This document shows, one piece after another, positions 12,900 to 24,127 of a stretch of DNA of 64,000 nucleotides. Origin of the DNA: Ylistrum balloti (taxonomy: Eukaryota); contig NW_026782156.1 of NCBI RefSeq assembly GCF_031769215.1, positions 62,001 through 126,000 of the forward strand, written 5' to 3'. The notes below the pieces were generated by a model. The model was not told the DNA's origin. It did no database searches and saw only the letters and a program-made list of their open reading frames with translations. The translations under genes were made by a program, and so were the position numbers. The stretch's first letter is position 1; the number at the start of each line of letters is the position of its first letter.

Positions 12900-13170
12900 A
12901 ATAATCATAACCAGTCAACTCGAATATACGAGTGCAATACCGTGATATGGCATAAAATACGATAACATATAATATATTTACGAGTTTACTCCTCCATTTT
13001 GACTACAAAAACACAGACTACTTTCTTCTGCGCGCGTATAAAGCAAGTGCTTGCGTGATGCGGTTCCTCCATAATAGTTCTTATCAAAGTTCACAGTGGG
13101 TCAAACTAACGTGGGCCCGACAAAAATAGTGTATAAACACAGCCGGCAGACTCGCACAGAGAAGAAGTAA
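12900..13170 (-). promoter_or_regulatory. Probable promoter / 5' end for the N1 isoform
   Basis: Locally CpG-rich segment just upstream of the N1 ATG (ctgcgcgcgtataaagc, gtgggcccgac, gccggcagactcg) with a YY1-like caaaatgg on the minus strand. Positional inference only. Confidence 0.4.
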
Positions 13171-14393
13171 TCTATTTTTAAACTTCTTTACACTAGGGAT
13201 ATTTTCATGTGCGTGTGTCTCATGTTATATACCGTTCTGTTATTTTAACGGATCGATACAGAGTACGTTATAAATGTGTTTGAGAGACAAAGTGAATTGT
13301 GATCTAAACGATCAAATCGATAAAATATTAAAAAATATACTAATTATAATCACCGATGTTATAAATGTAAAACACATTAATTTTTCATAATATGTTATTT
13401 CGGTCTAGTACAGATCTATTACTAGCCGTCAGAGATTAATTGCATGAAATTACAACGGGACTTTTCCTATTTTCAGAGTAAATTTTTGCAAAAGATATTG
13501 ACTATATTTAGATAATAAGAAAGTAATCAGATATTACACTTGGGCACTAGTTTAGTAGAAAGCTAAAATTAAATCAAATTTAATTCCATTAATTTTATGA
13601 ATTTCATCCCGTTGACAGCAGAGTCAAAATCTTTTGCACATTATGATATTAGGAAATTTACGTAAAACTATAATTGGTTGATCAGACATTGTTCAATAAT
13701 GCAGCAGAAGGGAGGTAACACCCGAGACTTTCACCAAAATTAACTGAAAATAAAACTTATTGTTCTAGGCCTTGTCAAGTCTGGCCATTTAAAAAAAAAA
13801 CAAACTTTTACAACGTGCTACATGCAAATAACTTGTCCGCGTTGACTACAAATTAGCATGTACAGGTGCTTAGCTGCGAGTTTTAAAATGCCGGTACCGT
13901 ACACCCATTAAGCTTGTTAGGCTGTTTAAACCATTTCTGGTTTAGATACGAATTCTTGATTTCTTTCAGATTTGATGTTGGATCTACACAAGGCTTAGCA
14001 TTTAATTCCTATGTGGCCAGGGGCTCGAGAGGAGACGACTGAGGGGTGTCCACTAGTGAAAGTAAGTTAACATATGAGAGTTTTATTTAGGCTACCTATG
14101 TAGGCCTACTCATATGATGTTTTAAGGCCATACGATCATCCCATTAACTAAAATCACACACATCCCGATTAAGTCATAGTGACATACATTCAATAAAACA
14201 TCAATAGGCCCACTTGTCCTCACAAATATCCTACGTCAGCCATGTTGACCTTAGTGCATGGCGTTATTATGCAAACTTAGCGTAAAATATAAAAATAATA
14301 ATTGTAACAGACTCTATTGTTCTGTGGTCTTCCATATGAAACTTAAAACCAAAAATATATATTGAGCATATTGCAAACAACTCCAAAACATAC

Positions 14394-14427
14394 ATGCAGG
14401 TGGAAATGGTTCTGCATCGTCTACCAT
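14394..14427 (-). CDS. Candidate alternative first exon of PKA-C: MVDDAEPFPPA(F)
   Basis: aaaATGG context, first ATG after an in-frame TAA at 14518-14520, 34 nt ending in phase 1 at CAT|gtatgt; CpG-rich sequence upstream. Confidence 0.45.
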
Positions 14428-16489
14428 TTTGTCAGCAGATGAACTTCCCGCTTTAATCACTTTACGGAAAACAACGAAGAGTGCGAGAATATACGAGAGT
14501 TCAGCAATCGAGGGGGATTAGACAGGGCGAGATTCCAGATTACGAGGGGAACCAGACAGGAAACAAAATCATTTCCATGGTAGCGTGGAAGACCTCCCCC
14601 GTTCACTGTTCACCAAGTGTCATAGCAATGAAATAATTTGGTTATTACACATAGATATTTCAGCGAAATTAAACAAAAGATATAAACAGTTTCCATGAAT
14701 TCAGTACACAAGACTAATTAGTAATTTTACACGGGGGTGACAATGTCCTTTATCACATTTTCAGCACTCGTCGACATCCTACCCAATAAAGATTTCGTCT
14801 AACCTTGCTTCCGCATTACTGGTATCTGCATAAACAGTCACAGCGCTGAAACAATTGTGTTGCACAAATAATGGCCCACGTCAGTCATGAATTAATTACT
14901 TTCCTTTTAAACTTTAATATATATCGTGGAAGCGTTAGTTAATGAAATCAACAATGCTATGCTGGTTATTTTATTGTCTTGTAAAGGTCATATGCTAAAA
15001 GTTAAAAACAAACAAACAAGCAACAAAAAAAACCCCAAACAGACAAGGAAACATTTATCTTAATTTTTAAAGCAAGATTACAGCAAAAGAGTGTATATAT
15101 ATATAGCAGTATCATACTAATTCCCAGTATACGACAACCATGGACATGTTATATTTAGCCAATTGTCCATCTTGTCAACTTATCACATGTCAGTCTCAAA
15201 AGGTAACCCCGAAGGCCATACAGACACCTGATTATGATAAACAAATGTACATATGACGATCAATAACGTCGGGTCAATGATAATATCTCCTGCTTACCAT
15301 CACTTGTGTACCATTACCAGTTTCACCTGGTAAACTGTGTTGATAATGTTTATATAGACGAACTGTCTGATAACGATTTCGTTATTTACAGTTTGGACAG
15401 TGTGCAGCAGAACGACTTAGCATCGGCAACCTTCGGCAGTTGACGTAAACGAGAAAATAACGAAAAGTGGTAAAGGTTCCCGATTGGATGACGAATTTGT
15501 ATGATGTTTCTTAGATGACTCATTACAAGGACGGATTCTCAAATTGACAAGCCACATAAATTTTACCCTATGATTTTCCCATCATGGATGTGAATTATCG
15601 ATACTTCTACCGGTTTGCGAAAAATCACAATTAAACCTGTTTGAGCATAAGATAACATCTCGCGCGTCATCCACTCATTTTCGACCTAAAGGATGTCATA
15701 ATCAAAATGAAATCATCTCACAGTTGTCTTTCTGACAGATATATATAACATTAAGACAGATAAACAAACAAATAAACAAAAAATACAGTACAATCCCATC
15801 GAATTGAAGGATTTGAGAAAAAAAAAAGGTAGCTGACATATAGTTGACATGTGGACGTAACATTCAGGTGCACATACCGAGAAAGAAAATCTATTTGCTC
15901 TTATCAGGGACGTTCATAGAGATATACACATATTTAAAAATCTACAATTATTTAAACAGATTTTTTTTCTAACGTGACCAAAGTGTCAGAATTTTGTAGC
16001 CTTAGGCTATCATACAACAGGAAAAGTTTGGTCGACAGTCGAAATGTTGCAGCAACCAAAGAGTGCTATCGATAAACATGATAGTTAAAAGTGATAACTT
16101 GCAATATATATCGATACAACAATCGATTCTCATGTCAAATATTTATATGAGGAAGGAGCAGATGGCGGATCAATGGAATAGGTTTGATTAAAGCTATACA
16201 CATATAATTATATATATTTGTCTTAAACAAACAAACAAAACGACCGAGGTCAAATCCACGTTATGTAGGATATCCTCTTGCGTCATGTCATCATTTGCAT
16301 ACGTGATCTTTTGTTACTGTCTAAATATGGCTTCACAGGGCTTGCAGTAAGTGTAAAATAAATGTACGTACAATCCCAATATGCACCTTTTAATATGTAT
16401 ATACGACGTCACACAATGTCGACCCTTCTCTATTCACAGGAAGCATGACGTGCAAGTATGCTGTGTGCGTGACCTCCTCCGTGAGCGTA

Positions 16490-17225
16490 TGACATCAGTC
16501 GCTGTGTTGCCTTCCTCAGTGTCATGACATCAGTCAATGTGTTTGCCTCCTCCGTGAGCGTATGGCATCAGTTAATACGTTGCCTCCCTCTGTGTCATCA
16601 TGACATCAGTCAATGTGCTGCCCTTCTCCGTGTAAGTATGACATCAGTCGCTGTGTTGCCTTCATCAGTGTCATAATTACATCAGTCAATGTGTTGCCTC
16701 TCTACGTGTTGGTATGACATCAGTCGCTGTGTTGCCTTCCTCCGTGTCATTATGACATCAGTCAATGTGTTGCCCTCCTCTGTTTCATCATGACATCAGT
16801 CAATGTGTTGCCTCCCTCTGTGTCATCATGGCATCAGTCAATGTGTTGCTCTTCTACGTGTTATTATGACATCAGTCGCGTCACTGTGTTGCCACCCTCA
16901 GTGTCGAAATGACATCAGTCAACGTGTTGCCCTCCTCTGTTTCATAATTACATCAGTCAATGTGCTGCCCTCATCTGTTTCATCATGACATCAGTCAACG
17001 TGTTGCCTCCCTCTGTGTCATCATGGCATCAGTTAATGTGTTGCCTCCCTCTGTGTCATCATGACATCAGTCAACGTGTTGCCTCCCTCTGTGTCATAAC
17101 TACATCAGTCAATGTGTTGCCTCCCTCTGTGTCATCATGACATCAGTTAATGTGTTGCCTCCCTCTGTGTCATCATGACATCAGTTAATGTGTTGCCTCT
17201 CTCAGAGTCATCATTACATCATTCT
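16490..17225. repeat. Minisatellite, 38-nt unit tgacatcagtcaatgtgttgcctccctctgtgtcatca, about 19-20 copies
   Basis: Directly visible tandem array; about 13 exact TGACATCA plus TTACATCA/TGGCATCA variants. Confidence 0.95.
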
Positions 17226-17851
17226 ATGTGTTGCCATGCTTCATGTCAGTATGGCATTAATGAGTGTAAAATAGATAACATAAATGCACAGCGATTAAAA
17301 CTTGCCATATTAATCGAACCACGGATAATTGACAATGCCTTATATCTGTGGTATGTGTAGATCTGTATTACGTGCCTTCTTTATCCCCGGTAACATCCCT
17401 GCAATGACCACTCGTACAGAAATACATACCTAACAATCTAACTATCCATTAGCAATGCCCTGTCCCTATTTGCTTGTATGCGGCACTTGTTCCCCTACTT
17501 CTTTCTACACTGACAATTAGATCCCTGTAAATGCCACAGATATTAGATCAGGTGATCGATGCCGTAAATAATCCGTCTGGGGGTGGTAGAACCGTTTACT
17601 AGGTAATCAGCATGTTTCCATTTGACAGAAAATGCCAAAATAGGGCTTCACTGTTAATGTTTGGAGTAAGACTTTTAAAACACTGATTTCAGGACTGCAA
17701 TGTTCCACGAGACAGGCGCAAAAAAATCGACTTTCCTTTTTCAAGATTTTTTCTTTCGAAAGCGAGATACAATAAATTACATAACATTGCATAAATAGAC
17801 ATTCAAACATGTCAATGGAGGGCACGTAGTATGTAAAACACTGTAACAACT

Positions 17852-19314
17852 AGGAGGGACATACTGTTGTGTTGTATCACGGGAATCACAGGGAGGGACA
17901 TACTGATGTGTTGTATCACGGGAATCACAGGGAGGGACATACTGTTGTGTTGTATCACGAGGAGGGACATAATGTCGTGTTGTATCACGGGAATCACAGG
18001 GAGGGACATACTGTTGTGTTGTATCACAGGGAGGGACATACTGTTGTGTTGTATCACGGAAATCATAGGGAGGGACATACTGTTGTGTTGTATAACGGGA
18101 GTCATAGGGAGGGACATACTGTTGTGTTGTATTACGGGGAGGGACATAATGTTGTGTTGTATTACGGTATGACAGGGAGGGACATAATGGTGTTGTATAC
18201 AGGAATCATAGGGAGGGACATACTGTTGTGTTGTATAACGGGAGTCATAGGGAGGGACATACTGTTGTGTTGTATTACGGGGAGGGACATAATGTTGTGT
18301 TGTATTACGGGGAGGGACATACTGCTGTGTTGTAACACGGGGAGGGACATACTGTTGTGTTGTATCACAGGGAGGGACATACTGTTGTGTTGTATCACAG
18401 GGAGGGACATACTGTTGTGTTGTATAACAGGAATCATAGGGAGAGACATACTGTTGTGTTGTATCACGGGGACCACAGGGAGGAACATACTGTTGTGTTG
18501 TATCACAGCACCACAGGGAGGGACATACTGTTGTGTTGTATCACAGGAATCACAGGGAGGGACATACTGTTGTGTTGTATCACAGGGAGTGACATACTGT
18601 TGTGTTGTATCACAGGACCACAGGGAAGGACATACTGTTGTGTTGTATCACAGGGAGGGACATACTGTTGTGTTGTATCACGGGAATCATAGGGAGGGAC
18701 ATACTGTTGTGTTGTATCACAGGGAGGGACACACTGTTGTGTTGTTTCACGGGGATCACAGGGAAGGGACACTATAATGTTTTATCACATTGAGGGGCAT
18801 AATGTTGTATCAAATTGACCACAGGGGGGGATACTGTTGTGTTGTATGACAGGGAGGGACACACTGTTGTGTTGTATGACAGGGAGGGACATACTGTTGT
18901 GTTGTATGACAGGGAGGGACATACTGTTGTGTTGTATGACAGGGAGGGACATACTGTTGTGTTGTATCACTGGGAGGGACATAATGTCGTGTTGTATTAC
19001 AGGAATCATAGGGAGGGACATGGTGTTGTGTTGTATCACGGGAGTCATAGGGAGGGACATAATGTTGTGTTGTATTACGGGGAGGGACATACTGCTGTGT
19101 TGTATCACGGGGAGGGACATACTGTTGTGTTGTATGACAGGGAGGGACATACTGTTGTGTTGTATCACAGGGAAGGACATACTGTTGTGTTGTATCACAG
19201 GGAGGGACATACTGTTGTGTTGTATCACGGGGAGGGACATAATGTCGTATTGTATTACAGGAATCATAGGGAGGGACATAGTGTTGTGTTGTATCACGGG
19301 TATCATAGGGAGGG
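17852..19314. repeat. Minisatellite, 30-nt unit agggagggacatactgttgtgttgtatcac with an optional 9-nt insert (39-nt variant)
   Basis: Directly visible; a degenerate break at about 18770-18830; both unit lengths are multiples of 3, which explains the long repetitive ORFs. Confidence 0.95.
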
Positions 19315-20247
19315 TTAAGGTTTGTTAAGGACATTATGAGGGACTATTAGATATGTTTAATCTAGGATCGGCATTTCACGTGAACACTTACAAAGTACAC
19401 CTATTTCGTTGGCCATTTTTGCTGACCTTTACGAGGAATCCGGACATTCTTTGACAGCTAATTTAAACAGACATTTACTTTTCTTTTGTTGTAGGTGACA
19501 TTTAGCTTTAAACAATTTTCCGACTTCAGTTTTAGGAGAGATATTTCAGTTAGACTAAAAGCCAGAGATTTCCATGTCGTGGCTCTAATACACTCAAACA
19601 CGTCATTTAGACAAATGACTTCATCAGATATCGCGGCTGATGTTGTGTTGTACTAAAGTAACAAGAACCCAAGGTTAACCGACGTCTAAGACCAACAAAC
19701 ACTGTAAGTTGATAGACGATCGGCTTTACAGATGCAATATATACTTCTGGAGAATCCCATGATCCCTATATACCGTACAAAATTATTTCTAAAAGTGTAA
19801 ATGCGACATAGAATATTTGTTATTGTCTGACAGAACATCCTCCGCATTTGCAAATACGTACGTTTACTCTAGTATTGTCATTGAAACGCGAGTAGAGCAT
19901 TGACTATTGTCCTGTTCGATCTATAATGGGACCTTGCTTTTGTCTGAAGAGTTGGAGGCCTCTGGAAACAATCAAAATTCTAATTTTAGACGTAATCTAC
20001 GAAATAATCTCGACACGAGTCATTAACGAGATTTAAGAAACCGACGAATATGACTCATGTCGTATACCGTGGTTTTTACAAAGGATAGGCCGACGAAATG
20101 TTTACGAACATTAACGGCCAATGATAGTGATATAAAATTAATGCTTGAAATAATTCAAGCTTTTATTGATAGTAAGTATCCACTATGCTAGTTTCATACA
20201 AAGCACTTCACACAAGCCAATGAAAGCCCCCCTTACATAATACTTAC

Positions 20248-20473
20248 TATCCCATAAATACAAACGGTGCAATTCCCGCTTTGTTCGTTCGTCTCGGACA
20301 CGATTCGTATCCCGTGTGTCATATTTTCTGAAACTAAAAGCATGATGGCCCCTTCCTTCGATTCTGAGAGGGGGTAGTTCGCCTCCACTTCCGGTCCTGT
20401 TTCGATTGTCTGCCTGCTGTTGGGCTGCCCTTCTCTTCTTTTCAGAATCAAATAAGTCGAAAAAGAAATCCAT
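20248..20473 (-). CDS. Candidate long alternative first exon of PKA-C (75 aa): MDFFFDLFDSEKKRRAAQQQ...RELHRLYLWD(I)
   Basis: aataATGG context, 226-nt open frame with higher GC than its flanks, ending in phase 1 at a consensus GAT A|gtaagt donor; joins exon 2 in frame as ..LWD-IKEFL. Confidence 0.7.
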
Positions 20474-21843
20474 TATTTACAAAGTATTGGTTGAAGATAA
20501 TACACACTCTCTTTGTATACGGTTCACCAACTTCTACGTTACACTATGGGTCACACACGGGGCACATATTTCCAGAATTAATTCACTACCAACACAAAAC
20601 AAGATGCTAGCCTTAGCCGATAACAGCTTGAGAAGTAAGGGCTTGCTTTTCCTTCGGGTCCTGTAATATGATCCTCCCCTTACAGACGCCGTCCGTTGGG
20701 ATAACCTCGTTCTTTACCGTAACACGTGTGTGTAGTAATATTTTAGTTTTCCCTTGACGGGACATCCAATATAAAGTTGCGTGATAGGCCAAGTCCTATG
20801 TATTACGGTGTAAATTTGATGGTGGCGAATCCCTGACTAACTAACAGTAGGACTTTCTCCACCATTGGGCCGTACTTGGGAAACCAGGTGTGACTAAACT
20901 GGAACCTGACACTCTTGATTGATGTCCCATTCACACTGTCACACGCTTGTAATATATAGATACACAGGTATATCCGTCTGCTAGCAATAATTGTTTTTGC
21001 ATTCTATTGAGCGACAAAATGCCAAAATAACCTAGTCTCGTTTCCGATCTACCAATTATTTGATTCATATATAATGCCTGTTCATTTGAGATAAAAAAAG
21101 AATAAGACACGGTTCGTATTATCGGTGCACTATAAAAGCTAGACATGCGTATTTCGGCGGGATCCAGTTACGGACCCACTGAACCCAAACAATGGCCTTT
21201 AGGTTGTGTTTACTATTTATAGCGAATAAAGGGACAAAAATAGGTATGAAAGGAGCCATTTCCCGGTTTAACTTAAGTGGCGTGTGATATTGCGTGTGAA
21301 ACCGCTCGGAACAGAGAGTCGTTGAAATTGCTTTTTAAAAATTATTTTTGATAAAAGTGCAAAGCATATTAATACAACACTTCCACCGTTACATGTACAT
21401 ATGTAAGTTAATTAATGGCACTGTCAGTCATCATATTGGCATATATATACCACGTAATGACGGAATTCATATTACATAATCTGGTAGAGAGTATCTGGCG
21501 TGCAGCCATTTATCACATGTGCAAGTATGGAAACTTAACACATCAAATAAATAAACGTCCTGTGCTTGGTTGTCTCATTCACTGAAGTTATTAAATGGTT
21601 TTGTGGATGTAGGAGTTCTCCGTCTTGTATGCGATGTGTTGATAATCGTTATATAGAAACCAAAAACCGTCGTTAATGGAAATGGCCAAACATTGTTTAT
21701 AAACGATTACATGAGAGTGTGCCATAAGTTTAATTTAAACACATACATATAGACCAAACTCGAGGAACTGACTATTAATCTAGAGACTATACATGGCACA
21801 TACCGAAAGTAATCTAACGACCAGCACGCGTAGACTGTGAAAT

Positions 21844-22170
21844 GGAAACTATTCCAGGATAATTTCGCCACCCGCATCATGTAACACGGAAACTATTCCA
21901 ACGTAATTATGCCACCCGCATCATGTAACACGGAAACTATTGGAAGTAATTTTGCAACCAACATCATGTAACATGGAAACTATTCCAAGGTAATTATGCC
22001 ACCCGCATCATGTAACACGGAAACTATTGGAAGTAATTTTGCAGCCAACATCATGTAACATGGAAACTATTCCAAGGTAATTATGCCACCCGCATCATGT
22101 AACACGGAAACTATTGGAAGTAATTTTGCAACCAACATCATGTAACATGGAAACTATTCCAAGGTATTTT
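21844..22170. repeat. Tandem repeat of alternating 44/43-nt units (87-nt higher-order repeat)
   Basis: catcatgtaac starts at 21875, 21919, 21962, 22006, 22049, 22093, 22136 (spacing 44,43,44,43,44,43) with alternating sequence variants. Confidence 0.92.
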
Positions 22171-23592
22171 GGCAACCCACATTACGTGACCGCAACCAAT
22201 GCATGGGAACCTGGCGACCATTTTACTATGAAAACTGAGGTGGTAACCACTGTTTTACTGCCTTTTTAAGATAAAAAAAGTGTTGCTAGGTAACCGATTT
22301 GTCAAAACCGATATATATGAAAATTATTGATGGTAAAACAGCGCTTACGGTGTATTCGATAGGACAACTTTGCCGAGATAAGCATTACCATAGAAGTATA
22401 CATGTCTTGAAATCGATTTATGCTAGATATCCTGTCTGGCCTGCTGCTGTTTCCCTATCCCGTGTTACAAATAGAAATTTAATAGGATTTTATATAATTG
22501 AACAAAAGTTGTAGCTGATAACCCAAAACCACACAATATAGGCACGCCCTTCATGTAATTTTTATTGCCAGGAGTTCCATTTGCGTGTTAGCCAATCCTA
22601 CCTCCATAAACACATACCTATGGACATGTAAACACAAACCTCAGTGTTGAAGGGAGGAAGGCAGCATGGCGTTGTGTGCTTACTTACCTTACAAGTTTAC
22701 AAGGAATTAATGTAATTATTCAGTATGGGACTTTGTTGAAATTATTAACAGTATTGATGTAATTGACGAAACACACATGAAAATGGGGTAATTTGTACAC
22801 TTCCTAATTTTCTGTCTGATAAATAATTCATTTGAGAAGAGGAAATCACGCAATTACAGATACACTGGCCATAATTAGATTTTAACCTTATTACACAGAT
22901 TGGTGTCCTGATGATGTCATGTTACTTGTTGCCAACGGACACTTATCTTCGCCAAACGAGATTCGAAGCTCAGCAGGGACAGATTTTTTTATATCTTTCA
23001 AATATCTTTATTCTGACAATAAACGGATTGAAGTAAAACATTTTTTGATAGATAGTAAAAGAAAGAAAGAAAAAAAAATTTAAAAAATTAAATCTCATTT
23101 TTATTTTCGTACCAAGTGTTGAATCCTCATACATCAACAACAACTCGACCACCATCACGTTTACAGGCTTCCACCAGCTTCTACTCTCTGCTTAGGCTGA
23201 GATCAGATTGTGCAGCACGTTCCCTAAAGACACGTGACGGATTGGAAATCCATGCCTAATACTCCAATCCGATTCCGTGGACATATTTCCGGATTGTCTC
23301 GAGGACGCTTGAGAGATTGGGTGGTGGCTGACCCAGGCTTTAGGATAAAACTTCCATTAGAGTGGAATCTAATTCCAGCTAGTATTCATTTACCTCAAAT
23401 TAGCTTCATCATTCTTATAGAGGTACTCCAAACAGTGGGAGATCGGACGCATCTCAAAAACGGATTTTGGTCCAAAAATAAAGAGACTCGTGACAAAGTG
23501 TTCCAAAATCGATCTTAAATGATCTTCTTTATCCACTGGTAGTAATTTTTTATGCAGACGCTGTACAGGTCAACTAATGTTTAACAATGTAT

Positions 23593-23775
23593 GGATGGTT
23601 GGGTAGCGCAGTTATAACGCTTTCGCTTTTCACCTAGCCGTTCGGGGTTCGATTTCCAGGAACGGACGTTAAAAGGTGGCGGAGGCACCTAACCAACCAC
23701 GTGGGGTTTCCTCAGATACTTCAGTTTCAACCCACAATAAAACCTCCCGCGTGCTTATATCTCATCATCTAACAT
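23593..23775 (+). mobile_element. tRNA-derived SINE (V-SINE-like core)
   Basis: A-box-like tagcgcagttat (23604), B-box ggttcgatttcc (23646), then gtggggtttcctcagatacttcagtttc..cccac resembling the V-domain motif; a related copy lies at 60625-60759. Confidence 0.7.
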
Positions 23776-24127
23776 TGTATTTTTTTAATCGATTTTTACT
23801 TTCTTTTTCCCGCCATAAGGCTGGATAAATTGACACGTAGGAATTATCTTAGCTATTCTCATATACAGCTAGAAAGTTTTGAAGGTTTAATTTGTACATG
23901 AAATTTCCATCGTGCAGACGGCGCGGTATTGTTAGGTGTTAAAGAAACCAAGTAGAATAATCCTGACTTTTAATGTTTTGTATTTAAAGATAAACTACAG
24001 GTTGGACTAATCTGAAATCCTTATAGGTCCATTATTGTAAATAAACGACTCACATGAAGGCCGTGTGTTGCGTACAGTGTACTTCCGGACAAGAACTTCA
24101 CTGTGGTCTTCCGTATGTTAAGATCAA

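Noticed and set aside
17812-19334. Long ORFs (up to 302 aa) on both strands
   Set aside because: They are translations of the 30/39-nt minisatellite, open in several frames at once, with no splice or domain support.
21844-22170. CRISPR-like regular spacing
   Set aside because: No unique spacers, no cas genes, eukaryotic context.
22349-22391. Phase-1 candidate MVMLISAKLSYRIH
   Set aside because: Suboptimal donor (C|gtaagc) and no other support; within the chance expectation.
23593-23665. tRNA gene
   Set aside because: A and B boxes are present but no cloverleaf closes, and it continues into a SINE core.
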